Of a stretch of DNA of 64,000 nt, positions 32,067 to 46,329 are shown piece after piece. Under the pieces are notes generated by a model. That model was not told the origin of the DNA. It made no database searches and saw only the letters and a program-made list of their open reading frames with translations. Made by a program: the position numbers and the translations under genes. Location: assembly GCF_009914755.1 (NCBI RefSeq), contig NC_060933.1; one strand, written 5' to 3'. How positions within the stretch are numbered: position 1 is the first letter of the stretch; each line of letters starts with the position of its first letter. The stretch comes from the human T2T-CHM13v2.0 reference genome, Homo sapiens.

Positions 32067-32424
32067 CAGAGGTCACAGCTTGTCCTCAGAGCCTAAGACA
32101 GCCTTTAGAACCTTTTGATTAGGTCTACCCTATGTTTAACTTTTAAATTTGTTTTTTAGTTCAACATCTACAAATTGTAAGCATCCACATTTTTAAAAAT
32201 CTAGATTTTTAACCTCTATTAAAAAATTAGAAGCTTGGGCAATGTATGGCATCCTTTTCTGCAAGGGCAGCTGTTGGGTGGAATTGAGCAGTAGCTGTCA
32301 GCCACCTTTAGGTGCCTGGGTCTCTCCAGTCTGTTAAGTGCAAATGCTCTATTCTCTCAGTACTGTCACCCATTAGTTATCTATCTGTTGTTGGCCCTTG
32401 GAGGCATTTCAATAGAAACCCCTG
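32067..32424. mobile_element. MER102-like hAT element
   Basis: TTTTTAAAAATCTAGATTT...AAAAAATTAGAAGCTTGGGCAAT...GAGCAGTAGCTGTC...CCCCTG. Confidence 0.55.
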
Positions 32425-34042
32425 GTGCTAATAATAAAGTAAAGATACTGGGCAAACCTTCTCCACTCTTGGTCATACAACAGTACTTTTAGAAATTAGC
32501 TAGTCGTAGTCGCCCTGTTGGGAAAAGCCACGGAAGCATTTGAACAAATGATGAAGTGTTTGCCTCAGTAAATGTACAACTTGTTTATTCCCAGTAATGC
32601 ATCCCTATTTCCCCGTATTATTTTTTAAATTGAAAAATTATTTTAAAAATTGAAAAAGAAGATTGAGAGGCTATCTTTGTGGGGAACTGGCCATTGTCTA
32701 CATCTTCCTCAATGCATTCTTTCTTTTGAATTCTGAGGCATGTGCAGAATGCTTTTTAGCCCAGGGAAATCTTTCTGTTCTGTGACACATCATTAAGATT
32801 AATTGAGCCTTTCAATTTTACATTTTCCAAGAGCAAATTAAGTAGGAAAAATGGGACAGGTTTTCACTGTCACTTATACTGTGTTTTTTTTTCTAGCTTA
32901 TATTCTACATCTGATGGTCAGATCTGTTAGGTATTCGAAAAGCAGTAGCATTAATTGCATTTTCCCTTCCTTTTTGCTGAAGGGCAGATGTTTTTATGTT
33001 GTTAATGGTGGGTTGGGTTAAACATAAGCAGCACACTGAAAGTATAACTAGCTATTATTTATGAGAAAAGAACAATGTAATTCCCCTGATTTGGCTAATC
33101 TAAAACTAAGGTTTATTTTATAGACTTTAAATAAATAAATATTTATAACCTATAATTTTGCCCTTAGTTCTATGCCCTCAATACACTCTAGGCTTTTGGT
33201 CCCATTTGTCTTTCCTTTTTTGTATCATCGGTATTTTTCTTACCTCTAGTTATTTCTGGGGAAAGAATGAATGTTTAAGGAAATTCTGTCCTCAAGAACA
33301 CTTCCGTGGCCTGTCAAGGTGGCATGACATTGCTTGCTTTCCTCTCGTTCTTCATGAAAATACCTAGCAGGGTACCTGGCACCCAGTTGGAACTTGAAAA
33401 ATACTTTTTCAATTTGAATTAGCCAAATTCTGGAAAACGTAGCCTATCTCACTGCCTCCAGTTTCTTACCACCTGCCTACGGTGTGGCTCCTCTCATCTG
33501 GGTTTTCCACGCCTTCTCTCCTAGGCCTCTACTAGAGCTCTCTCCAGATCACCAGTTCCTGCCCTGAAAAATCAACAGTCCTTATTTCTTCAGCATTTCT
33601 CACAAGTGACCTCTGTCCTTCTTTATGCAACAAGCAGCACTCATGGAATAGAAAGGTCTTCGCTGGCTTCTGAATGAAAATTCAAGAACCTTTCTTTCTG
33701 CTCACTCTTAGGCAATAAAATGTCCCGCTACCATGTCAAATCACTGTTTCAAGCTGGTATCCCAAGTGTCCAGTGCTATGTAATTAGCTAAGCCTCCGAC
33801 TTCATTATACCTACTCCTCTCCCTCAGGAAGGGGAGTGGCAAGTTTAAAATCTCAGCTCCTAAGGAGGGGCATGATTCTCTTCCTCTCTTTTCCTGCCTT
33901 TTGCCACCAGTCCTCCTGCACCTTGCTGGGGGTCTGACTTCTCAGGGTAAAAATAAGGATGAAGGAGAGAAGGATCTAGAATAATTTGAGTATTGACTTG
34001 GTTGTCTGGAGAGATTGTTGTGCAGTTCATGCTCAAAAGAAG

Positions 34043-34346
34043 TGGACTGGTACCAGTCTGCGGCCTGTAAGGAACCAGGCCACACAGCACGAGGTGAGCA
34101 GCAGGCCAGTGAGTCTTACTGCCTGAGCCCCGCCTCCTGTTGGATCAGTGGCAGTATTAGATTCTCATAGAAGCGCAAACCCTACTGTGAACTGTGCATG
34201 TGAGGGATCTAGGTTGCTCACTCCACATGAGAAGCTAATGCCTAATGATCTGAAGTAGAAGATCCCCCTTCCACTGCCCACCCCATCCCATGGGAAAATG
34301 GTCTTCCATGCAACTGGTCTGGTGCCAAAAATGTTGGGGACCGCTG
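34043..34346. mobile_element. MER1B hAT-Charlie element within L2 remnants
   Basis: GGTACCAGTCTGCGGCCTG...TTAGATTCTCATAG...GGTGCCAAAAATGTTGGGGACCGCTG. Confidence 0.85.
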
Positions 34347-34989
34347 CTGTAGTGGGTTTGGGGTAGAACTGAGCTCATGTGTAGATGCATTTGAAGAATC
34401 TGTGGAACATATAGCGGAAATGTATGTAAGTAACTATATATGACAGTCTGGAAATGTCAGCCCTATCTAGAGATAGAAATTTGAGAGATATCAGCATATC
34501 GATCATAGTTAAAACCATGGGAGTGGTTACTCTTTCATAGAGAAAGAGTTTAAAGTTAAAGAGGAATCTAGAGACCAAACATTAGGGAGCAATCCTTACA
34601 GACTTCATCAAGCATCCTAGCTCTCTCGGATGCCTTTTTCACCCCGAAGAAATCATTGGCTCCTTCTGAACCTCAGACTCCCTGCTGATGAAAGTTAGTG
34701 AAGGTGATTTCTAAAGTCCCTTTCAGATCTGACATGCTGTGGTTCTATCCCTTTGCATTAGTTTTCACAACTGCTTTGGGACAAATAGGGCATTTACTAA
34801 TTGCTTAATTTTATAAACTCGCTAGTATCTGTAAGCCTACACAATTATATGGACCCCTCATCTATCTTTCTGATAAGCAGAATGGCTGTGCTGTACACCT
34901 CAACTCTACCAACAGTCTTGAAAGTAAACCTGGAACACCATGAAAATGACAGGTTTGAGGAACCCAAGTGTATTTCATGTGTGTCAATA

Positions 34990-35180
34990 GGGAGTGATGA
35001 ATAAGAGCTCAGCTTCTGAAGCCAGACCCCTGGGCTCAAATTCCTCTACTGTCACCTCAGGCAACTTAGTTAACCTCTCCTCTCTTTGTCTCATTTCCCT
35101 TATCTATAAAATAAGGGTAAGAATCCTAGAAATCGAATGAGTTAATATACACAAAATACTTAGAAGGCTCTGGCTGGGTG
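34990..35180 (+). mobile_element. MIR
   Basis: GCCAGACCCCTGGGCTCAAATTCC...TTTCCCTTATCTATAAAAT. Confidence 0.75.
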
Positions 35181-36399
35181 TGAACTACCATCATGTGATA
35201 ATGATAATGATAAGACAGCCTTGTCTGATGAAAAGGGTCTTAACTGTAAGGGCTGAAGGTTACTATCTTAGACTTATAGTTTTCAAAAGGAGAGTGAAGA
35301 AAAAAAATCTGTACCATTTCCTAATAAGTGGGAACTTTCAGATGGCTGAGCTCTGTGGGTGATAAAAATTCATTTCCTACTATCAAATTGAGCTACAGGT
35401 GAAAAAGTTGTGGATACTGAAATACAGTTGTATTTAGTTTATAAATTTGTATGAGGTAGGAGGAATTAGAACACACCCACCCTTCTTTTTGTTGCACTTA
35501 CTGGTCATATTTAGCTCAAAGGAAAGGTGCATGAAAAGGGAAGAAACTGCCCGCTTTCTCCATAATACTCCTTTTTATCTTAAAGTGTCTTAGAGGCTAA
35601 GGAATTCTTGGCTGTGAAGTTGTCACCTTCTAAAACCAAAAAATTTCCCTAAGGCATGTTGCTTATGAATCTCTAGGTTTGCAGCAGCAGCTTCAAACTT
35701 CTTTTGAACATTTGACCTACTCCTCCAAACATCCCTCTGGATGTCAGCTACGTAGAGGGAAAGACACACCTTAAGGAGCAGTAACTACTGAGACTTCTTG
35801 AATCTTCTCTCAGTTGCTCTTCTTATTTTGTCTGAGAGAGGCTGGGTTCAACCTGTTTGTCAGGCACAGCCAAACATGTGTCCTCCTGCAGTTTATTGTA
35901 TGCCAAGAAGGATGGTGACATGACAGCAGTAATTCAAAATGGGGTTTTAAGTGAATAAATAAGAATAAGCCTCTGGGATTAGTCCCAATTGAAAAGTTCA
36001 GCGCTACCGGGGAGGGTAGCTGCTACTGTTGGGGATTAACAAATGGCTTGCTGCAGGGAATAGTATTCACTGATCCAGCTGCATTTTAGTTATTGATGGC
36101 CTCTCTGCCCCAGTGCCCATCTCTCTTCCCAGACACACAGATTCTGCTGGCAAAGATCTTAGAAATGTGGTTTTGCCCAATTATTCTACTCAGAAACTAC
36201 CTGCTTGTATATGAACCTTCCAATTCATAGTTTTTAGACCACAGAAAATGTATAGCTCTATAATACTATTTAGCCTTAGGGAAGAAGATGAAGAAAGAAT
36301 TTCCCTCCACAGAATCAAACTGAAAGTAAGAGAACAGAGAAAGCCTTCTGGTAAGAGTAGTGGAAAAAGGGTAGGATCATTTTGCGATCACAGCACTGA

Positions 36400-36600
36400 A
36401 TATGTGAAAAAAGAACTCTGTTATAGGCCCTTTACTGTTTGCAAGGCCTTTTATGGACACCATATTATTTTATCTTTACAACAAAAAGGCTGCATCCCCA
36501 CTTCATAAGTGACAAAAGTGAAGTCTAGAGAGGTTGACAGACTTGCCCAAAGTCCCACTGCTGGAAGTATGAAAATCTGACTCCAAGTTTGGTTCTTTCT
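36400..36600 (-). mobile_element. MIR
   Basis: GAAGTCTAGAGAGGTTGACAGACTTGCCCAAAGTCCCAC. Confidence 0.65.
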
Positions 36601-38197
36601 TTGGTATGTCTTGCTGTGCACTAATACACTGAGCTCTTAAGATTCCCAAACACCCACCCAGCTGAAAGATCCAAGTATATAAATCCAACTAGATTTGCAG
36701 CCTTTGCATGTTTTAAAGTTAACTTTATACATTATCCATAAAGCCATCAGTTCCTCCACCCCCTTGGCAAATGGATTAATCCTTCAAGGGAAGGATAGTA
36801 GACAGACAGACAGAAGCATTTCACCAAAGAAAGGGCTATCGATTGTATTCTTCGATTATGGCCTAGGAGGGTTTTAATGTCAAAGAGAAGGCACCAAGGA
36901 GGTTCCTCTGAGGTTCCACTGAGGAACAAGGAGAGATATCACTCCTGTTTTCTATTCTATTCAAAAGACTTAAGGGATTAGAGACTGGGGGTTAGATGGC
37001 TATTTTAATTTAATATCTTCCTTTATAGTCCCCCATGGAAAAAACTAAACAAAGTAACTACAATCCACAATTACTTGTTTACTTGAATTGTGCTGAGGGC
37101 CTAGCCTGTAAGATTCTTCCATCAAGTCTTTGAGGCCCCTTTCTATCTGTTCACTGTCTCCATAAGAAGGATATGTCTCCGTGCAATGGTGTGATGCCTT
37201 TTCACTTTATCAAAGTTGAGAGGGCTCAGTAGCCGCTTTGTACACTTCTACCTTGATTTTCTAATCTTTGCTGTTGCTCTGAAGTTTTAAGGATTAGATT
37301 AAGCAATTTTAAGGTAGATAACATAGAGGGTGTCTGTACTTAACGGGCCCTCAATGATTATTTGCAAATTGAATGGTTGGTAAGTTTCTGAGATAATCTA
37401 TTATTTTCTTTCATCAGAATAACCAAGTAAGTTCTTGGTGGCCAGAATTGTGTCCTTAAATGCAATTCTTATTCTTCACATATGTTCTAACAGCCCACGC
37501 TGAGTTCCTATGATGCTACTTTAATTCTGTTCCATTTCATGAATTATTCTAGGAGGATACCACTGAGAAGGCAACAGAGCCGACTTTGCTTGAACAAAAT
37601 ACACAAAGCTTGCAGTTGAGAAAATAAAAGGCAATAAAATGGGCTTCATTTCCTCCTATTGCTTTCTTAGAAGTAACTAACTTTAAGGGTACTGTGGGAA
37701 CAGGGTCAAGAAAAGCTGATGGTTCTATTCTTGGTGATCTGTAACTGGCTTCGGACAAGTCTTCAGAGTTTATGTGAGGTTGCTGGAGTCTACTGGTGTT
37801 TAGGGCCCCAGTGAAATGCAACTTTAGGGGTGTGTGTGTTTCTCTTTTCTCTCTACTGTCAAGCTAGTTCTCTTCCACTGATACTGTTGTGTGTCAGAGA
37901 GATTTGGAAGCTCAGCATTCCAGTTTAGATTTCTGGTTAGTGTTTGAATAAGATATCTTCCTTCCAATTGAAGTACATACATTCTTATCCTATTCTGTCC
38001 TTCTCCATTTACATTCCATGCTGTTTTTGTCCATATCAACAACATTTTAAGATCTAACTTTATATAGAAACGTGTATACATTTCAAATAGTTTGATAATG
38101 TTTTCCATATGTGTACACCCATGTAAACTAGCACACATATCAGGATATAGAACATTTTCTTGTAGCCCCTCTCAGTCAGTCCTAAGGGTAACCACTA

Positions 38198-39252
38198 TAA
38201 TAGTCCCCCTCATCCAAGGGGAAACATTCCAAGACCCCCAGTGGATGCCTGAAACTGCAGAAACCAAATCCTGTATGTGTACTGCTACATAGTACTACAG
38301 CTAATTCATCCTTCCATGTTTTATGTCTGGTGCCTCTTTTGTACTTTCATCAATGTAGATTCTACTGGACATCTTCCAGAAGAGGCCAGTTTCATTGCAA
38401 CTGAAGTCTCACTCAGATAGTATCTTTTTTCCTTGATCAACTTCTTCAACTCTGCTAGAAATGTGGCAGCAGCTTCTTCATTGGCAGACAAAACCTCTCT
38501 AGTAAATTTTATATTTGTGAATCCAAACCTATTACCAAGTCGGTGTAACCATCACTTATTTGCAGTAAGTGGCTTGGTGTCACTCATTTCAGGGGATCCC
38601 TTGCTGAAATCTTCATATAGGCTTACTGCTTTCTGATGCAACACATTGCCATCAATTGGAATGCTTTCTGTTCATGTCTTCCACCCACAAATTTAATGCC
38701 CTTTCCATCTTCACTAAGCACTTATCACACACTGTCACCGTAACTTCTGCAATTTGAGGTGCAACAGCAAAACTAGCACATATTTCTTTTTCCTTCTTCA
38801 CAACTTCATGGATAGAGGATTTGTTCTTACCACAGATCTTAGCAATCTCAGCATATTTTTTTTCACCTTTTCACTTAGAGGAAGCACTTTACAGCTTCTA
38901 TTTGGCATATTACAATTGTCAGCATCACTACTGTTGTGTTTGGGGCCATTATTAAGTAAAATAAGAGTTACTCAAACATAAGCACTGCTACAGCAGTCAA
39001 TCTGGTAACTGAGATGGCTACTAAGTGACTAATGGGCAGGGAGCATAGACAGCATGGATGCACTGGTTGTAGGGATGATTCATGTCCCAGGTCAGATGGA
39101 GTGCGACGGCACCAGATTTCATCATGGCACTCACTCACAGCAGCATGTAATTTAAAACTCATGAATTGTTTATTTCTGGAATTTTCCATTTAATATTTTT
39201 GGACCAACGTTGGCCACAGGTTAACCAAAACTGTGGGTAGGAGGGGACTACT
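38198..39252 (-). mobile_element. Tigger7/MER44-like pogo DNA transposon, internally deleted, with transposase remnant
   Basis: TIRs TAGTCCCCCTCATCC / GGTAGGAGGGGACTACT with TA flanks. Minus-strand peptides LVKMERALNLWVEDMNRK...SLYEDFSKG...EEAAATFLAELKKLIKEK resemble the pogo/CENP-B HTH region. Confidence 0.8.
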
Positions 39253-39995
39253 TATTTTGACTTCTAAGTTGGTTTTGGCTGTTTGGGGACTTCATAACAC
39301 TGAAGTCATAGTGTATGTATTCTTTTGTACTTAATTTCTTTCATTCAACATTATATTGTAACTCATCCATGTTGTTGGGTAAAGAGTTCCATTGTATAAT
39401 TAAACTGTTTATGGTTGTTTGAGTCTGGAGCTATTACACATAATAATAATAATGCAAGAAACATTCTTGTGCATGTCTTTTAGTAGACAGATGCCCTCAT
39501 TTCTCTTGGTTATACTGTCAGGAGCAGGATTCCTTAGTCGTGGGCTATAAATATATTTTCTTTTAATAGGTACAGCAAAATATTTTTCCTAAGTGGTTGT
39601 AACAGTTAACCCTAAGTTCCTATGGTTTTAAAGCACAGTTTTTTCTGCAGTATTTTTACTGTAGGTTGTTGATGCTAATTAACGTGGAACATTGAGGTAT
39701 TTGCCAGCCCATCTTAGATTATATACATACACACATTTTTGTATTTTACATTCATTCAATTTGGATTCAGAGGTGGAAATTTGCCTTGTCATATATTTGG
39801 AAATTTAATAGTGAAAAATTGCCCTCAGAAATTAAAAGAAAACTATCTAATAATAATATTGTTCTAAGTGCCTACTCCCTGCTAGTCACTTTAAACATTC
39901 TAGTTCCACTTATTCCTCATTGAGATCTTATAAATTAGATATCAGATTGGGACTCTGTCCCAATTCTAGATATTGTTATGGTCATTTTTAAGCTA

Positions 39996-40130
39996 TTTAT
40001 TTATTTTAATTTTATAAGATGAGGTCTCTCTCTCTTGCCCAGGCTGGTCATGAACTCCTGGACTCAACAATGCTTCCACCTCAGCCTCCCAAAGTGCTGG
40101 GATTACAGGCGTGAGCCACCACGCCTGGCC
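39996..40130 (-). mobile_element. Alu monomer (FLAM/left arm)
   Basis: Single arm ending ACGCCTGGCC. TSD TAA(G/A)CTATTTATTT. Confidence 0.8.
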
Positions 40131-40739
40131 CTAAACTATTTATTTTTAACCTAAAAATAAGTAATATTTTTTAAAATATAAGTAATATTTTAAAAATCTA
40201 ATATTAATCACAATAAAGTTTAACTGTGGAATAGATGTCTGGTTTTGTAGCTTCACAGTGAGAATGAATCTTGACTAAGTGTGGTATTTAATTCATGGGA
40301 GTGAAACCGGAAGGGGGAAATGAGCCAGGGAGGTTCCTTGGATCCTGCCTCTGGCATTATTCATTTGCAGCTGGCTACATTGCATTTTATGGCTGCTATT
40401 TTCTCTCATTTGTCCTTGATTCCTTCGAAAGGAAGTAGTAACTCAATATATTAAACACTGCCTAGAATCCTCAGTGCTGAACATTTTAATTCTATCAAAT
40501 TTTTATTAGCATATCGTTGAAAAAGAAAGAAAACCTAGGGCTTCAGTTTCTTAGGTCACATAATGGGTAGTTCCAGTAACACACCTGCATGGGCTGGAGG
40601 GCACTCTAAATAATAATAATATTCCTGATCTTTAAAAAATATATCAAGGTATAGAGCTCTTAGAATCAGTGTAGAAAAGCCTGTTAGACTGGATTTTCAA
40701 ATAATAGAGTTCTCTTCCCTTTTAGACAAAGCTATATTA

Positions 40740-41060
40740 ATCCATCCTTTCATTCATTATCATGCATTCACACAATGATTCAACAAGTACTTACTCAGTA
40801 CAGTGTGCCAGGCCCTGTTCTAGATATTAAGCATATAACAGAGAACAAAACAAAGGTCTTTCCCTTGTAGAGCTTACTTTCTCAGCAAAGAAACAGGCAA
40901 GAAAATGTATACATATATGTCATGTGGTACTCCGGAGGACAATAAAAACAGAGTAAGGGGCATGCAAATGTAGACTTGGTGTTGAGAACTGCAATTGCTT
41001 TTTATAAGGAACAGTTATGAAAGCCTCTCCATCAGTATTAATATTTGTGCCAGGACCTGA
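40740..41060 (-). mobile_element. L2 3' fragment
   Basis: TTCATTCATT...TTCAACAAGTACTTACTCAGTACAGTGTGCCAGGCCCTGTTCTAG. Confidence 0.7.
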
Positions 41061-41649
41061 AAGCACTGAATCATACATGACTCAGTCAATTCTCTGTCCC
41101 CAGCTCTACAAGGACAAGGGTAGAAACTGGGAAACCAGCTAAGATCTCTAATAGGTGTGTTCAGGCAAGAACCAAATAGCATATATGTTTTATTTTGTGG
41201 GCTCATCACCATCCTTGTGTTTTATTAGTAAAGGTAATTATTATGTTTATCCAGACATGGACGAACAATATCTGGTACATTTGAGCCACATTGATAATAA
41301 TGTAGTAATATGAAGTTAACAGTAATATGCTGTGGGTATTATAAATTGAGTTCTATATTTAATGTTCTTTTCTACTTACCTAATATTAATTTTTTTGTAG
41401 ACATTTCCTCCTCTCTCCTGTTTTTATTGAATAATTTGTAGCATTCTTTCAGCCACTTACAGTTGAACTTCAGTCATTTGTGTCTCCTGTTCATCCTCTG
41501 CACAGCATGCTATTAGGTTCTGTTGTTGCCTTGTCTCCCAAATCCATCTCCTTCTGCCTTTCCCAACTTTGGTTTTAGACCTTTGTTTCGTCTCAGAATT
41601 AGCCATCCTTCTCTAATTCATGCGAAATTCTCTCTCTTTAATCCATGTG

Positions 41650-41870
41650 AAATTCAGAAAAAACAATACAGGTTTTTGAAATGAGTCCTTGATTCAAATT
41701 GGTTCAGATCTTTGTTCTTCCGTGTACTGGCTGTAGTGCCTTTTGCAATTTTTGAACCTCAATCGTTCCTTCGTAAAATGAGTATAACAATATCTATGCA
41801 GTGAGGATTAAGTGGGATTATGGAGTGTTTAAAGTGCCTAGCAGGGAGTAGGCACTTAGAAAATGTTGGT
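41650..41870 (+). mobile_element. MIR
   Basis: CGTAAAATGAGTATAACAATATCT...GTGAGGATTAAGTG...AAAGTGCCTAGCA. Confidence 0.7.
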
Positions 41871-41929
41871 TCTTTCCACCTTGTGTTCTTCTGCTTCAGA
41901 TCTCTTAATTTCTACAACTCTAAATGTGC

Positions 41930-42690
41930 TATTTTCCTCTCTCAGTAAATAATACTACCATCTCACCAGTTTAAATAAAAAAAGCTATGAGTCCCCTTCG
42001 AATAATCTATTTCTTTCACAATCTAAATTTAATCCATCTGCAAATCCTATTTGTTCTAACTCAACACATATCCTCAGTCTCTCTGCTTCTCCCCATTGAC
42101 ACTGCTACAACCCTAGTCCAAGAATCTTATCTGTACTGTTGCCATAGGTCCTGAATTCATCCTTCTGCCTCCACTCTGGTCTTCTTTCAGCCTGTTTTCC
42201 ACAGAGCCTAAGTGATATTTAAAACATAAACCAGATAATATCAGTCCCCTGCTTAAAACCCTCCAGTGGCGTTTCATCATATTCAGAATGAGATCCAACT
42301 CTTACCCTCTCCTAACACTCCCGCTCTTATGCTTCAGCGGCACTGCCCTTTTTTCTTTTTCTGCTAACTCATCAAACTCATGGCTGCCTCCGGCCTTAGC
42401 ACTTGCTATTCTCTCTGCTTGGAATACTCATTCCCCAGATGTCCACGTGACTTACTGCTTCTTGTCATTTAGATCTCAACTCTAATTGTCCCCTGACTTC
42501 TATCAGTAGTGCTCCATCACACCATCTTACTTTTCCTAAGGCTTACCACTATCTGAAAATAGCCTGCGTTTCTCTATTTTCCCCTCAGTAAGAATTAAAA
42601 GTTCATACTAGGGCCCATTTCCTAGCAGTGTTTGGCACATAGTAAGTATGCTGAAAAAAAAAAACCTTGACTGACTGAATAAATGAACAA
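41930..42690 (+). mobile_element. L2
   Basis: CCCCTGCTTAAAACCCTCCAGTGGC...TGGCACATAGTAAG...TGAATAAATGAA. Confidence 0.8.
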
Positions 42691-42829
42691 ATAAACTCAC
42701 TTTTAATGAGATATCAAGGTTTTATATTAATTACATGAGCCAAGAATTGTGGTTTCATTTTTAAAATGTGAGGACCTACTGGTTTAATCCTTCATACTTC
42801 ACACATATGCTTGTGCTGGAACTATGACT

Positions 42830-43300
42830 GTAAATCAATAGCAATACCATCCTCTGTTTTGGCTTCTTCCCCTAACCTAAATAGTTCTCAGATTTACTTT
42901 TCTCTCCATCTCCACTGCCACACTGTCACCTTAGTGCAAATGACCATCCTCTCTGGCCTTTTTTCTGTAAGGTTTTAATCTCCCAATATGTATTCTCCAG
43001 ACTGCAGGCCAGTGAGCTTTTCAGTTGCTGTTACACCCATGCTTGAAAACCCTTTAAGTTTTCATTGTTCTCAAGATAAAGACCAGAATGTGGTCTGGTC
43101 CACCACCTCACGTCAGGCCAGCCCTCACTCTCCACTCCAGGCCACACTTTCTCCTCCCCTCCTGGTTCCCGCCTGCCAACTGGCTGGGTAGCCGTTGCTT
43201 CCCGCTTCCTGCAAAGTTCTACATCGCACCCATTTCGCCCACTTCTTCAGATTTCAGGAGATTGTTCCTTCCTCGAGGAAGCCCTCCCTGATTAGGCCAA
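42830..43300 (+). mobile_element. L2 remnant abutting the PABIR1 promoter
   Basis: ATTCTCCAGACTGCAGGCCAGTGAGC...TGCTTGAAAACCCTT...AGATAAAGACCA and AGGAAGCCCTCCCTGA are colinear with the L2 3' consensus. Confidence 0.55.
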
Positions 43301-43389
43301 GCGCCACTCCACGTCATACAGCCCCACATCCCCATGGGCCTCTCTTTCAGGGCTTTGTTTTATGAGTATGCAATCCAGAATATGACAAT

Positions 43390-44552
<1,163 letters not shown>

Positions 44553-45255
44553 TTCACTCATCCTGAGACTTTCTTTTTGCAGTGGAGAGAGAGAATAATC
44601 TAGTTGGGGCAAACACTGAACTTTGTCAATTAATTTGAGGCTATTTCCTATTTGACCCCTTTTCTTTTTTGAAATTCCCTGAAATGATGTTATTCTAGAG
44701 AACTTCTATGTCAGGTTCCTTTGGATACCCTTGAATTCAGTGTAGTAATATTTTCAGACGTTTCCCCAATAAGTGTGTTGAAGCATACATCTTTACGCTG
44801 CTAATATGTCTAAATACATATGTTATCCCTTGATTTTTTTAAATAATTGAGAGCTCTATTTATTTATGGGATTATTAAGTTCTGATGAAAATATAAATGT
44901 TGACTTAATCAGCATAGTAAACTGATGTTTAAAATTCCATACTTCATGCCCACACTAATTTTTAATGTTATTTTCAGTGGTTGCCGATTTCCATTTGATG
45001 AAGAACTATACAGCTTAAAAAAATACGTTAGTTATATCTATCTAGTGGTTGTCTGTTTTACCCAGGAATTCTTGGATATTTAGTTTTCTGGGTACTGAAG
45101 TGGATGGGAGGGGGAATGATTAAAGAACAAATTATAAAAGTTTGAACAAATCTTTTCAAATTAAGTATATAAAAGTAAACTTTTAAGAAAAACATTTTTA
45201 ATGAGATTTTAATAGTAATTCTAGTCAGTCATACAACTATAACTACTATAGAGAA

Positions 45256-45261
45256 AATAAA
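45256..45261 (+). terminator. Candidate proximal polyadenylation signal of PABIR1
   Basis: AATAAA followed by a T-rich tract, about 700 nt after the stop codon. Confidence 0.5.
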
Positions 45262-46329
45262 ATTTTTTCCTTTTTTTTTTTAACCGGAAAGTGCATTTGC
45301 TTGGGTGTAATCCTAAAGTGAAATGGGACAGTGCCTTGCAGTCTTTGCCCACTGTACATAGGCTAAGGCTAAGCTCTTTGTACTACTGCAAACTTAAAAG
45401 TTTTTCAAATGTGGGAAACGTGTGGGAAGGCTTGTTGAACTTTGGCGCACTCAGGTAAACAATACTCTCTCAATTGTTGATATACTTTAAAATATTCAGT
45501 TGTGCCTCAGTTCCAGAAATTATTGCCAAACAGGAGCCACAGCAATTTTTGGCTACTTTTCTGCTCTGCCCATCTGTCACCTTACTGGTTTTCCCTTGTT
45601 CAGGAAGGAAGCAGCTGTTTCCTTGCCAACAGGTCCCTTCCTCTCCATCTCCCACCAAACTAGGGCACCATTGATTAGACAAAGGTACAGTGTAACTTGG
45701 GTTTCTGACAGCAACAACAGGACTGTGAATTGTTTAACCTCTGTGGTTAAAGCTACAGCTTGAGTTGACTGCCTTGGGGATGTCAGTTAATTAAGGGGTG
45801 ATGATTTGCAAGAGAAAATTAGTGGAGAGTCACATAGGTAAATCATTATTTAACTTAGGTTTTCCTAAAGTTAGAATAGTCGAATGTTCTTTTCTTTACC
45901 TTTACAATTAAGACAAAATGTTTAATAAGAATAGCAAAAATTTTTTTATATTATGCATCCTTATACCTCACATATCTTCCTTAACTAGATAGTTTGACAG
46001 AAAGAATGGCATACAAAGAGGAAAGGGGAAAAATGACTCAGAACAAGACAAAAGCTCTGACTGTTTAAAGTTATCGCTTACAGAGACTTTAACAATTTTG
46101 TGGAATTTTTACAACTATGAGAGTAAATGGAACTGGTCAACTCTTGACAGTTGCCTCAAGATGGAGTGAAATTGCATCGAGGGTAAGACTGTGTCCACAG
46201 GTTTAAAATTCTCTCTTCTGAGTAATAGTGTTCATGTGCTCCCATTCTCGACCCTGTTGTTGAAATTCAAACTTAAATAGCCTGACTTCTTGTTGGGTAA
46301 CTTGCCCTGCCTCCAGAGGTATTTGAACT

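Noticed and set aside
35995-36020. Possible CTCF site (CAGCGCTACCGGGGAGG); similar weak match at ~32510
   Set aside because: About four mismatches to the core consensus. Not supportable without ChIP data.
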